A DNA stretch of 63,942 nt, filler included, from an uncultured Methanosarcinales archaeon (GCA_964604995.1; 3 parts of 3 records of this genome joined end to end with filler, not necessarily neighbours in it); one strand, 5' to 3'; shown: positions 18,786 to 28,900, counted from the whole stretch's first letter. Translations and numbers: made by a program. The notes: generated by a model from the letters alone, not told the origin.

Positions 18786-19299
18786 TGTTTAGCTCCTGAT
18801 CAGAATCTACCTTAGCTTTTACTTCTCCCGGAGATGCTAAGTGTGTATCTCCTTTATTTTCCATATCACCGATAGAAAATCTATAATGCCTTGTTATCTT
18901 AACTTTGGCAGTATCTTCAAGCACATCTCCTGTTTTATCAGGAAGCAATTTCATGTTATGAATATCCATCCCTTCAATTTCCATCTCAATTTTTCTGATG
19001 CTTGAATGATTCGGTGTAAGTACAATTGTTTTATGATCTGATCCCCATTTTTTCTCAAATGTTCCAGAAGTATAATTGAATTTAGATAAGGGAATGTTTG
19101 GTAAAAAAGAACAATTTGCTTTTAGATATACTACATAATTACCATAAGTCATGATAGGTATTGTACCTTTTCCTTCTTTCTCGCTCTTTTTTTCAAAAGC
19201 TTCTGATTCTTCTTTAATAATATAATGCAAACTATCTTCTTTATTTATGCAACTCTTTATTTCCTTAAGTTTATCTTCCTTTGATTCATCGTTTTCCAT
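18778..19299 (-). CDS. hypothetical protein
   Basis: 173 aa, AGGTG RBS, overlaps next gene. Confidence 0.7.
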   Translation of the reverse strand: MENDESKEDKLKEIKSCINKEDSLHYIIKEESEAFEKKSEKEGKGTIPIMTYGNYVVYLKANCSFLPNIPLSKFNYTSGTFEKKWGSDHKTIVLTPNHSSIRKIEMEIEGMDIHNMKLLPDKTGDVLEDTAKVKITRHYRFSIGDMENKGDTHLASPGEVKAKVDSDQELNNG

Positions 19300-19446
19300 T
19301 TTTTAACACCTAGATATTAATTATTTTTATTTAGTAATTACTTTTACTCAATTTTGATATTACTCAATTTTGATAACTGTTGATATGACTAATTACCTTG
19401 CGGTAAAATTTTTGATATTTTTATCTCTTCTTTTGAAATGCTAAGT

Positions 19447-19545
19447 TTAAAAAAACTTGAAAAATAATACTGCGATAATTACTACAACCACTACTGCCCC
19501 AATTAGTGAGAGTATTCCTCCTTTTTTATTAAAAATATTTTTCAT
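19447..19545 (-). CDS. 32-aa peptide with class III (pilin-like) signal
   Basis: MKNIFNKKG|GILSLIGAVVVVVIIAVLFFKFF*; GGGGGG RBS. Confidence 0.5.
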   Translation of the reverse strand: MKNIFNKKGGILSLIGAVVVVVIIAVLFFKFF

Positions 19546-19627
19546 GGTTTCCCCCCTGATTATATAATAAATAATTTTTTATTTCTGTAAATTATTATTT
19601 GGATAATTGTTTTTTCATCTAAACAAA

Positions 19628-21553
19628 TTACACTTTATTGCATTTATTGCTATCTAATGTAACTGCTGTTTGCGCAAGTGCTCTTCCATTTAGTGTTGCA
19701 CCATTTTTTAGTACAATTGCAGTTTTACCTAAAATATTCCCATTGAACACAGATGTTGTTCCAAGTGTTGTTTGACCAGCAACTACCCAAAATATATTCT
19801 TTGCTTGTGCGCCACCCTTTAACATAACTTTCTTACCATTGCTAACATCGAGAGTTCCTGCTATTTGAAATATCCAAACATCGTTTGCACCGCCTAAAAG
19901 TGTGACATCTGTTGGTATTGTAACACCACTACTCCATTTGTAAAGACCTGGAGAAAATGTTTTTCCACCAATATTTCCGGCACCAAGTTCAGTAGCAGTA
20001 GGATTTGTTCTTCCAGCTGCATTAGTGTACGCTTTTTGCATATCGCTTATAGCTGTAGTTAAAACAGTTGGAGTTGGAGACCTATAATTTGCTGCATATA
20101 TTTTTCCAGTCACTTTAGATGAAGTTGAAAATTGATTAGAAGGATTCATTATTAATCCAAATCCGGTGATAGCTGTACTGCTAATTGGACTTACACCAAT
20201 ATCTCCAACAATTGATGTTGTTCCAGTTGTTGAAATTCCAGATTTTGCAAGTATAATATAATTGCCTGCTGTTCCAAGATTTACAGATGACTGCGCAGTA
20301 ATTGGTGCAGCTAAAACTTTAACAGTTCTTTTCGCTGTTGCAGTGTTTCCTACAACATCTTTTGCTTTGTATGTAATAAGGTATGTTCCAATAATTGCAG
20401 TGTTAACAGTACCTGATGATGATACTTTAACAACACCATTTACATTGTCCCGTGCAGTTGCACCTGCATCAGTGTAAATAGTTTTTTGAATTATGTTTAC
20501 TGGGTTTGTTCCGAGTATAGTTATAACTGGAGGAATTGTATCTTTAGCAGCTACAACTTTAACAGTTCTTATTGCTGTTGCAACGTTTCCTGCAGTATCT
20601 TTTGCTTTGTAGGTTATTATGTATGTTCCAATAATTGCAGTGTTAACAATACCAAAAGAAGATACTGTTACAATACCATTTACATTGTCCCGTGCAGTTG
20701 CACCTGCATCAGTGTAAATAGTTTTTTGAATTATGTTTACTGGGTTTGTTCCGAGTATAGTTATAACTGGAGGAATTGTATCTGTGATTGGTTTTATATG
20801 CGATGATATACTATTAGCATCTAATGTAACCGCTGTTTGTGCCAATGCTTTTCCATTTAATGTTGCACCGGTTTTTAGTACAATTGCAGTTTTACCTAAA
20901 ATATTCCCATTGAACACAGATGTTGTTCCAAGTGTTGTTTGACCAGCAACTACCCAAAATATATTCTTTGCTTGTGCGCCACCCTTTAACATAACTTTCT
21001 TACCATTGCTAACATCGAGAGTTCCTGCTATTTGAAATATCCAAACATCGTTTGCACCGCCTAAAAGTGTGACATCTGTTGGTATTGTAACACCACTACT
21101 CCATTTGTAAAGACCTGGAGAAAATGTTTTTCCACCAATATTTCCGGCACCAAGTTCAGTAGCAGTAGGATTTGTTCTTCCAGCTGCATTAGTGTACGCT
21201 TTTTGCATATCGCTTATAGCTGTAGTTAAAACAGTTGGAGTTGGAGACCTATAATTTGCTGCATATATTTTTCCAGTCACTTTAGATGAAGTTGAAAATT
21301 GATTAGAAGGATTCATTATTAATCCAAATCCGGTGATAGCTGTACTGCTAATTGGACTTACACCAATATCTCCAACAATTGATGTTGTTCCAGTTGTTGA
21401 AATTCCAGATTTTGCAAGTATAATATAATTGCCTGCTGTTCCAAGATTTACAGATGACTGCGCAGCATAAACATTAGTTGCACTAAATAATATTATAGAT
21501 GCAAAAATCGTCAGATATACAAAGATATTTGAAAGTATTTTTTTTTGTTTCAT
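19628..21553 (-). CDS. exported protein: DUF3494 - 2x Ig-like (DUF5011) - DUF3494
   Basis: Two near-identical ice-binding domains (period 1167 nt) flanking two 80-aa DTIPPVITILGTNP repeats (period 240 nt). Confidence 0.92.
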   Translation of the reverse strand: MKQKKILSNIFVYLTIFASIILFSATNVYAAQSSVNLGTAGNYIILAKSGISTTGTTSIVGDIGVSPISSTAITGFGLIMNPSNQFSTSSKVTGKIYAANYRSPTPTVLTTAISDMQKAYTNAAGRTNPTATELGAGNIGGKTFSPGLYKWSSGVTIPTDVTLLGGANDVWIFQIAGTLDVSNGKKVMLKGGAQAKNIFWVVAGQTTLGTTSVFNGNILGKTAIVLKTGATLNGKALAQTAVTLDANSISSHIKPITDTIPPVITILGTNPVNIIQKTIYTDAGATARDNVNGIVTVSSFGIVNTAIIGTYIITYKAKDTAGNVATAIRTVKVVAAKDTIPPVITILGTNPVNIIQKTIYTDAGATARDNVNGVVKVSSSGTVNTAIIGTYLITYKAKDVVGNTATAKRTVKVLAAPITAQSSVNLGTAGNYIILAKSGISTTGTTSIVGDIGVSPISSTAITGFGLIMNPSNQFSTSSKVTGKIYAANYRSPTPTVLTTAISDMQKAYTNAAGRTNPTATELGAGNIGGKTFSPGLYKWSSGVTIPTDVTLLGGANDVWIFQIAGTLDVSNGKKVMLKGGAQAKNIFWVVAGQTTLGTTSVFNGNILGKTAIVLKNGATLNGRALAQTAVTLDSNKCNKV

Positions 21554-21684
21554 TTTTTGTCAACCCACTATTCTATTTTATATATAATATTGTTCACGAA
21601 TTAACGTCCAACTATCATTAAGCAATGCATTTTTTTATCTCTGCCAATGGAATAGCATAATATTTTAGCATAATGTTTCATTAA

Positions 21685-21846
21685 TTATGTTAAAAAATAC
21701 ATTAAGTATATTGTACCTGCGAGTGCTACCCATATTGTTGTACCAAATCCTCCTTTTTCTCCAATTAAATGTGTAGTTAAACTGATAATACCTGCTGATA
21801 AGATGAGGCTTACCAGAGCTCCCACTATCACCTCTAAAAATACCAT
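21685..21846 (-). pseudogene. truncated paralog of 23811-24140
   Basis: MVFLEVIVGALVSLILSAGIISLTTHLIGEKGGFGTT aligns with MTFLGILLGFLVSLVISSIIIYIATKLVGETEGFGTA; stops at 53 aa. Confidence 0.7.
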
Positions 21847-21952
21847 AACTAAACACCCCTATTTCTTTACTTTTTAACTACTAAAATATTTAATAAAAAA
21901 ATAAAAATAATATGAATCAACAAAATTTTTTGTTGAAACATTGATGTTGTAA

Positions 21953-22156
21953 TTAATATTCTTGAGTTTCTTCTTCAAAATTTTTGTCTTCATGTAGTTC
22001 TGTTTCGGCATAATCATAGCCTTCAAGGAACCCATCTTCTCCTGAAGAAATTTCATCATTGTCAAGCATCTCTGATCTACTCTTGCTGCTGTACAAATCT
22101 TCGTCATCTATCAACTCATCATATTCCACATAATTATCATTTGGGGTTATACTCAT
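21953..22156 (-). CDS. highly acidic small protein
   Basis: GAGGT RBS; DNDEISSGEDGFLEGY; D/E-rich. Confidence 0.7.
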   Translation of the reverse strand: MSITPNDNYVEYDELIDDEDLYSSKSRSEMLDNDEISSGEDGFLEGYDYAETELHEDKNFEEETQEY

Positions 22157-22206
22157 TTTATTACCTCTTTATCATTCTACTTGCATTTTATTTATGCAAT
22201 TTCTTC

Positions 22207-22365
22207 TTATTGGGTTTCAGTCGTTTCAGTTTGCTCAGTAACAATTTTATGATTGTTTTTACCATCTGTCCCAACATTTTCTGTTGTCTCAACTACTTTT
22301 TTATATGAGGTTTCTTGTGTTGGTTCTGGCGTTGGTTCTGATGTTGGTTCTTGTGTTGGGTCCAT
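22207..22365 (-). CDS. 52-aa Thr/Glu/Pro-rich peptide
   Basis: MDPTQEPTSEPTPEPTQE...; GGAG RBS; 12-nt repeats. Confidence 0.5.
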   Translation of the reverse strand: MDPTQEPTSEPTPEPTQETSYKKVVETTENVGTDGKNNHKIVTEQTETTETQ

Positions 22366-22421
22366 TTTATTTTTTACTCCACATTGCTGTTATTTATGTA
22401 AATTTTAGGTATGCATTTTTA

Positions 22422-22556
22422 TTATGCAATTTCTCCTTTTTGCTTTGTTTCATCTTCAAAACTTGCAGTATCCCGTCTAAGTATAGAATACATGCTGTCT
22501 TCTGGATTTATGCTTTTTTTTATCCTATCAAATTTATCCCCTTTTGTATATTTCAT
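22422..22556 (-). CDS. 44-aa peptide homologous to N-terminus of 18778-19299
   Basis: DKFDRIKKSINPEDSMYSILRRDTASFE vs DKLKEIKSCINKEDSLHYIIKEESEAFE; GGGGGGG RBS. Confidence 0.55.
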   Translation of the reverse strand: MKYTKGDKFDRIKKSINPEDSMYSILRRDTASFEDETKQKGEIA

Positions 22557-22631
22557 AATATCCCCCCCAACCGCGATTTGTTTGTGTATTTGTTTATGTT
22601 ATTATCAATTAATTTTACATTGAATTTGTGT

Positions 22632-23591
22632 TTAAGCAAAGCATACAATTACTTCTTTTTCTGCATTTGTGAATGCTAGTGCTTTTACATTAGCATCGTG
22701 CCAAGCATTTTCCCAAGCAATTTTTAATTTTACAGTTTCTTGTGCACTAACAAAGGAATTATCTTTTACTCTATCACATTCATTCATGTTTTGAAGATAA
22801 TACTGCTCATTTGCATTTTTACTATTTAGTGTAGCTTCACTCAATGCATTTATTTTAATTTTACATTGAGGTTTGTCAGCAAGAACTGCAATTTGATTAT
22901 AGTAAATAACTTCTTTTTCAGCAAATCTTGTCATTGCATGGTTGATATTATTTGTCTTTTCCATAAAATTTGCACATAATTGGTATGCATTGGAATAACT
23001 ACTATTATACTGATTTAAATTATAGACTTCCTGTTTAACATCTGCTATATCTATAAGAAATGCCCTATTGAGTTGAATCTGTTTATTTGCATTACTTAAA
23101 TCAGTATATACATTATTACCTGAATTAAGAACATTTGATGAAGGCACACCCCTAGCTATTTGTTGGTTAAGGGAATCTATTTTTTCTGATTGCTGTCTTA
23201 ATGCCATATATCCCCAGCCTAATCCAACAAACAAAATAATTAATACTCCTGCAACAATGATTAATCCTATTATGTCTGCACTGTCCCTTGCCCTATCAAC
23301 TCTTTTTGCTCTGGCAGTACTTCTTTCTATCTCAGAATCCATGAGCTCATCATCCATTCTGCCTCTTTTTGCAACTCTATTGTCTGCTACTAATTCATCA
23401 GCTCGACCTTTTTTTGCAACTCTATTGTCCGCTATTAATTCATCGGTTCTACCTTTCTGAGCAACTCTTGCATCAGCTTTTTTATCAGCAGCTTCTTCTC
23501 TATCAGCAACTCTTTTTTTCTCAGCTGTCCTTTCACCTGGATAGTCATTTTGTTTATGATAATCATAGTTTTTTTCCAAATTTTTTTCCAT
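22632..23591 (-). CDS. single-TM protein with charged 15-aa repeats
   Basis: KGRxDELxADNRVAK repeats, TM, extracellular helical domain; start at MEKNL with GGAG RBS (track start 23642). Confidence 0.75.
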   Translation of the reverse strand: MEKNLEKNYDYHKQNDYPGERTAEKKRVADREEAADKKADARVAQKGRTDELIADNRVAKKGRADELVADNRVAKRGRMDDELMDSEIERSTARAKRVDRARDSADIIGLIIVAGVLIILFVGLGWGYMALRQQSEKIDSLNQQIARGVPSSNVLNSGNNVYTDLSNANKQIQLNRAFLIDIADVKQEVYNLNQYNSSYSNAYQLCANFMEKTNNINHAMTRFAEKEVIYYNQIAVLADKPQCKIKINALSEATLNSKNANEQYYLQNMNECDRVKDNSFVSAQETVKLKIAWENAWHDANVKALAFTNAEKEVIVCFA

Positions 23592-23810
23592 AAAAAACAC
23601 TCTCCAAATTTTTTTTATTTCCCGATTATAATTTAATACCAATAATTTTATTCATTATTACATTTTATAGAGGTGTAACTAATGATTAGGTATCTTTTGA
23701 AGAGACAAATCTAAAAAGACAAATTGCCAACTTTTTTTGACAATAGCCTTTTGTCTCTAATATACTCAAATGATATTTTTATTTTATTTTGATATTTTTA
23801 TTTTATTTTC

Positions 23811-24140
23811 TTAAAGCGGACCTGCAATAGTTGGCAGTACAATACTTACAAGTGTTGCAAAAACCCATACAATAATTGCTATACCTAAAGCTTTCAACCA
23901 ACCAATAGTGTATAAACTACCAAGAGCAAGAAGCCATGCTATTCCACCAATCAATGCGGCAACCCAACCTATTCCTATAAAATAAGATACAAGTGAAAAT
24001 ATTATTGCACCTGCAAGTGCAGCTAATACCGCTGTACCAAATCCTTCGGTTTCTCCAACTAATTTTGTAGCTATGTAAATAATAATAGATGATATAACTA
24101 AACTTACTAAAAATCCCAGTAATATTCCTAAAAATGTCAT
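23811..24140 (-). CDS. four-TM membrane protein
   Basis: GGGGTG RBS; hydrophobic. Confidence 0.8.
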   Translation of the reverse strand: MTFLGILLGFLVSLVISSIIIYIATKLVGETEGFGTAVLAALAGAIIFSLVSYFIGIGWVAALIGGIAWLLALGSLYTIGWLKALGIAIIVWVFATLVSIVLPTIAGPL

Positions 24141-24288
24141 AAATGAACACCCCCGTTCCTTGACTTTGGATTATCTACATATTTTTAATAAAAATATTTT
24201 AAATGAAAATAGATTATAATGAAAAAATAAGCTTAAATGTAAAGCGCTCAAATGTGAAGCAACAAATATTTGTTGATACATTTAATGT

Positions 24289-24408
24289 TTAAGTTCTCAT
24301 TATATTTTTTCCAACTGGTCTGTTTTTTATCATACCTTTACCACCTGGACTTTTTGCAGCTCTTTTTTTTGCTGCAGTCATTCTTCCGCCCCTGCTTTTC
24401 TTTGCCAT
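24289..24408 (-). CDS. 39-aa Lys/Arg/Gly-rich basic peptide
   Basis: MAKKSRGGRMTAAKKRAAKSPGGKGMIKNRPVGKNIMRT*; GGGGG RBS. Confidence 0.55.
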   Translation of the reverse strand: MAKKSRGGRMTAAKKRAAKSPGGKGMIKNRPVGKNIMRT

Positions 24409-24503
24409 TTTGTTTCCCCCTATAATATTAATTTTACATGAATTCCATATTCTTGATCTGATTATTTTATTTGAAAAAAATAAAAAAAATGATTAATAAC
24501 TTT

Positions 24504-27500
24504 TTAAACGAACAAATGCGTAATCCAGTATGTGAACTGATTCCACCAAATGCCTACAGTATCAAATAGACCACCTATGGTATCAAACAGACCACCCATA
24601 GCTGATTTTCCAGATATAACTGCACCAGTAAGTAAATTTCCATTTGGTAAAATATTTTGGGCAAGTTGGGTAGAGGTATTGTTTTCTTGACCAACTGTAC
24701 CAGTGTTCTCATTAGTGTTATCTGAATTTGTTGTTGATGTGGAAGTTGGTTGTGTTTGTGATGTTTGTGATGTTGTTGTAGTTACATCATATGGATTATT
24801 CCCAATAGCATACCATACACTATTAAAATCAGATAATATGGTTTGATATAATGTATTGCCAAATTGAGAACTACCTTCTTCTCCTATCTTTGTTGTTGAC
24901 AATGCTTCCCATTGACCATTGTGGTATCTGTATAAAATGATATTACTCTTCTCAATATTATTGAGTGACATCCACAAATTTGGAACTGCAAAGTTCACTA
25001 ATATTGATGAAACATCAGAGCTATCAATTCCATTAGTATCAATTTGCAGATACTGATATGTTTTTGGTGCTGCTTGTGTTGATGTAGGATTTTCAGATAA
25101 GCTATAAACTTGTAAACTTGCTTTTGTTAATGTGTTTACTACATCAAATGATATTTCAGTAACAGCAATCTGAGGATTGTTTATACTCATTATTGCTACT
25201 GAATTTGCATCTATTGTATCCCATTCATGTGAAGCTGATCCAATATAACCTTCTGGACCTTGTGTAAAACTGCCACCGCCTCCACCGCCACCACTTCCTC
25301 CTGAAGAGACAGTGTTTACAGTGTAATCTGTATTTGTTGTTGCAACATTACCTGCTGCATCTGTTGCAGTACATGTAGCTGTTTTTGATCCTAAAGTTGA
25401 TGTGTCTATTCCAGTTACAACTATAGATGGGTTAGAATCTAAATTGTCTGTTGCAGTACATATGCTTGTTATTGTATCTCCAATATGTACACTTGAGGAC
25501 GATAATATAAATGAAGTTATGTTAGGTGATAATTTATCAAGCAATATATAGATAGTTTTTGATGATTCAATATTACCTAATAAATCAACAGCATAATATG
25601 TTAATGTATAATTTCCACTATCATTTATCAAAACCTCATAAAAACTACTGTTTATTTGATGTGACACATTGTTTAATGTATAATTAATATATGATACATT
25701 GGTGTAACCCGTAGCATTTAATGTAAAATTGAAGTTCGTATTAATCCATGATGAGCCCGGATTTACTACAAATGTTGTTGGTGGGATTTCATTAACAGTT
25801 ATTGGAAATAATACTGTGCTAGCATCTAATGTAACTGCTGTTTGTGACAATGCTTTTCCATTTAAGGTTGCACCGGTATTTAGTACAATTGCTGTTTGAT
25901 CTAAAATATTTCCATTGAACACAGATGTTGTTCCAAGTGTTGTTTGACCAGCAACTTGCCAGAAAATATTGGAAGCATTTGCACCACCACTTAAAATAAT
26001 TTTCTTACCATTACTGATATCAAGAGTTTGTGCAATTTGAAATATCCATACATCGGATGAGTTTCCAGAAAGTGTAACATCAGTTGGTATTGTAACTCCA
26101 GTACTCCATTTATAGAGTCCAGCTAAGAGTGTCATTCCACCAATATTTCCAGCTCCAAGTTCAGTAACATAAGGATTTGTTCGTCCAGCTGCATCAGTGT
26201 ATGCTGTTTCCATATTGCTTACAGCTGTAGTCATCATAGCTGGTGTTGGAGGTGCATAGTTAGCTGCATAAACATTTCCTGTAATCAAAGAAGATGTTGC
26301 ATATGTGTTATTAAGCACTAATCCAAATCCAGTTATATAAGATGCCGCTGCCGGACTTACACCGATATCTCCTGTAATTGTAGTTGTTCCAGTAGTTGAA
26401 ATTCCTGATTTTGCTAAGATGACAAAATCACTTGCTGTTCCAAGATTCACAACTGATTGTGCAACAAAAACAGCGTTAGTAGTAAAGTTATGAGTATTAC
26501 TTACAAAATATCCTGTTTTATCATAACAAGTAACATTTACTATGTAAGTTGTACTAGCATTTAAACCACTTAAAGTAGCAGTGTATAATCCACCGCTTAA
26601 AGTTAAACTGCCATTTCCAGCATTGCTATAATTACAATTATATATCCCGGAAAAAATATCGCTAGCATTAACTGTAAGAGTTGCACTACTGCTAGTTAAA
26701 CTATTAATTGATAGATTATTGATTACTGGTGCAGATTGATCAACATAAACAGTAAACAAAGTAGAGTTTATATTACTAGCATCATCTCTTACTGTTAAAT
26801 TCACATAGTAAGTACCATTTGAAGTAACAGTATATGTTTCAACTGCAGAAAGATTAATAGTATTTCCCATCCAACTTTGTAATAATCCTAAATTAGAATT
26901 ATATAAAGATAATGTCCAATTCTTTAGATTAATATCATTAGCAGTAAAGTTAATGACTAAAGTTGGAGTGTTAGTACCATAACCACTACTCACAGAATTG
27001 ACATTGTTAATTAATGATATTGGATAAATTGAATCTATTAAAATTGTTCTAACACTTGATTTACCAACATTATTAGATTGGTCTGTACAATTTACATACC
27101 AATTATTGCTACCTTGGCTTAAAGAAGCATTGGCAGTAATTATAGTGTTAGTATTATTAGCAACTAAACTATTTGTTCCTAAAGCTGCTTCCTCTACAAA
27201 CAAAGTACAAGATGCTGTTGAACTTGAAGCATCAACATACTTAAATGTAAAAGCAGGTGTAACATCAGTACTCCAAGTAGAAGTAATAGGACTTACTAAA
27301 CTTACTACTGGTGAGATTATATCAAGTGCTGCAATGTTAATTGTTTTTGGAGTAGAAGTTCCTACATTCTCAGATAAATCTGTACAATTAACATACCATG
27401 TGTGTGCTCCTTGTGTAAGTTGCACATTAGGAGTAATTAATGTACGAGTATTATTGTTAGCAGTTAAACTAGCATTGTGTAAAACACTATCTATATATAA

Positions 27501-28385
27501 GTTGCAACTAGCTGTAGTTGAAACTGCATCAACAAAAGTAAAGTTTAAACTGCTTTGATTGTTAGTAGTTATAAAATTATTTGGTGTGTTTAAAGTTATT
27601 ACAGGTTGGGTATTATCAGTTGCATCAGTTGGTAATGTGATTGTATTTTTTTGTAATGCGATTGTTTTTTCCCCTAGTAATCTTCCATTTACTGTTGAAC
27701 CAGTAATTACTGTAATTTCTGTTGTGGCTGGACCGCCAAGAATAGTTCCAGAGAAAGTAGATTCTGTTCCAACTCCACCATTAATTGTTGTTATGCCAGA
27801 AACTGCCCAGAAGACATTCTTTGATTGGCAACCATTAATTAAAACAACATTAGTAGAAGCGGATAAATCTAAATCTCCACCGATTCTAAATATGAAGACT
27901 CCTTTTGTATTACCGTTGCAATTTAGAGTAACATCAGATGTTATTCCTAAATTATTTGCAGTAGTATAAATCCCAGGTGTAAGTGTTTCGCCACCAAGAT
28001 CTGTATCCATAGTAACATCAGATGCTCTTGAATAAGCGTCTGTGAATGCTGCTTGCATTGATCCAATTGTTGGAGTTAAATAATCAGGATCTACTGTTTG
28101 ACATGCAAGTGTAGGACCGCCAGCACTAACAACGTGTACTGTTCCAGTTACTGCTGGGCATGTAAAACCGGTAATGAATGTACCAGCTGCTGGACTAACT
28201 CCAATGTCTCCAGTAATAGCTGATGTAGGCACATTAGTAATTGCTACTTTTGATAAAACTGCAAAATTGCTAGCTTCTCCAAGATCTATAGCTGCTGGAT
28301 TTGCCCATGCATGGACACTAAATGCAGCAAATGTAAAAATCATAATGTATATTAAGAAAATTGATAATATTTTTTTTGATTCCAT
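24504..28385 (-). CDS. large surface protein: two DUF3494 domains, Ig-like repeats, PGF-pre-PGF-like domain
   Basis: Divergent N-terminal and canonical internal DUF3494; WYVNCTD Ig repeats; Gly linker then YQYLQI...FAVPNLWM...LYRY...W; Thr-rich tail. Confidence 0.9.
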   Translation of the reverse strand: MESKKILSIFLIYIMIFTFAAFSVHAWANPAAIDLGEASNFAVLSKVAITNVPTSAITGDIGVSPAAGTFITGFTCPAVTGTVHVVSAGGPTLACQTVDPDYLTPTIGSMQAAFTDAYSRASDVTMDTDLGGETLTPGIYTTANNLGITSDVTLNCNGNTKGVFIFRIGGDLDLSASTNVVLINGCQSKNVFWAVSGITTINGGVGTESTFSGTILGGPATTEITVITGSTVNGRLLGEKTIALQKNTITLPTDATDNTQPVITLNTPNNFITTNNQSSLNFTFVDAVSTTASCNLYIDSVLHNASLTANNNTRTLITPNVQLTQGAHTWYVNCTDLSENVGTSTPKTINIAALDIISPVVSLVSPITSTWSTDVTPAFTFKYVDASSSTASCTLFVEEAALGTNSLVANNTNTIITANASLSQGSNNWYVNCTDQSNNVGKSSVRTILIDSIYPISLINNVNSVSSGYGTNTPTLVINFTANDINLKNWTLSLYNSNLGLLQSWMGNTINLSAVETYTVTSNGTYYVNLTVRDDASNINSTLFTVYVDQSAPVINNLSINSLTSSSATLTVNASDIFSGIYNCNYSNAGNGSLTLSGGLYTATLSGLNASTTYIVNVTCYDKTGYFVSNTHNFTTNAVFVAQSVVNLGTASDFVILAKSGISTTGTTTITGDIGVSPAAASYITGFGLVLNNTYATSSLITGNVYAANYAPPTPAMMTTAVSNMETAYTDAAGRTNPYVTELGAGNIGGMTLLAGLYKWSTGVTIPTDVTLSGNSSDVWIFQIAQTLDISNGKKIILSGGANASNIFWQVAGQTTLGTTSVFNGNILDQTAIVLNTGATLNGKALSQTAVTLDASTVLFPITVNEIPPTTFVVNPGSSWINTNFNFTLNATGYTNVSYINYTLNNVSHQINSSFYEVLINDSGNYTLTYYAVDLLGNIESSKTIYILLDKLSPNITSFILSSSSVHIGDTITSICTATDNLDSNPSIVVTGIDTSTLGSKTATCTATDAAGNVATTNTDYTVNTVSSGGSGGGGGGGSFTQGPEGYIGSASHEWDTIDANSVAIMSINNPQIAVTEISFDVVNTLTKASLQVYSLSENPTSTQAAPKTYQYLQIDTNGIDSSDVSSILVNFAVPNLWMSLNNIEKSNIILYRYHNGQWEALSTTKIGEEGSSQFGNTLYQTILSDFNSVWYAIGNNPYDVTTTTSQTSQTQPTSTSTTNSDNTNENTGTVGQENNTSTQLAQNILPNGNLLTGAVISGKSAMGGLFDTIGGLFDTVGIWWNQFTYWITHLFV

Positions 28386-28798
28386 TTTTAGTTCACCTTT
28401 AATATTATTTGGATATTAAATATTATTTTGATATTGAAAATAGAATAGTTTAATCCACCCTACCCAATACAAATTATATCTCTAAAGTATAACAAGTGTT
28501 GGTTAATAATAGAAACTTAATTTTACATTTTTGTTGAAGAAATAAATAATATTTTGTTTGAACAGACGAGAAATAGATTAATAAATTAAAAATAATTATA
28601 AACTGATTTAGATTTGTGCATGTGACTGTCCGTTTTGTGGTTTTTTACATAATGGACATATCAAAGAAAATCCTATCAGTTTCGTCTCGTTTATTGGGTT
28701 TTTACAATGCTTGCATATAACTATATCATTCTCTTCTACTAATTGATGTACTAATTTTCCACAGTGCTTGCATATTAAAGGATTTTTGCAATACTCAC

Positions 28799-28898
28799 NN
28801 NNNNNNNNNNNNNNNNNNNNNNNNNNNNNNNNNNNNNNNNNNTTAATTAATTAANNNNNNNNNNNNNNNNNNNNNNNNNNNNNNNNNNNNNNNNNNNN
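28799..28898. other. artificial contig-join linker
   Basis: N44-TTAATTAATTAA-N44. Confidence 0.97.
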
Positions 28899-28900
28899 TC

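Noticed and set aside
19628..21553. Diversity-generating retroelement TR/VR pair
   Set aside because: Repeats are in-frame domain copies without adenine-specific mismatches; no reverse transcriptase present
21665..21856. 63-aa ORF in the supplied track
   Set aside because: The overlapping frame 21685-21846 has clear paralogy and is preferred
22284..22679. Plus-strand hydrophobic ORFs
   Set aside because: Shadows of RBS-bearing minus-strand peptides in an otherwise minus-strand cluster
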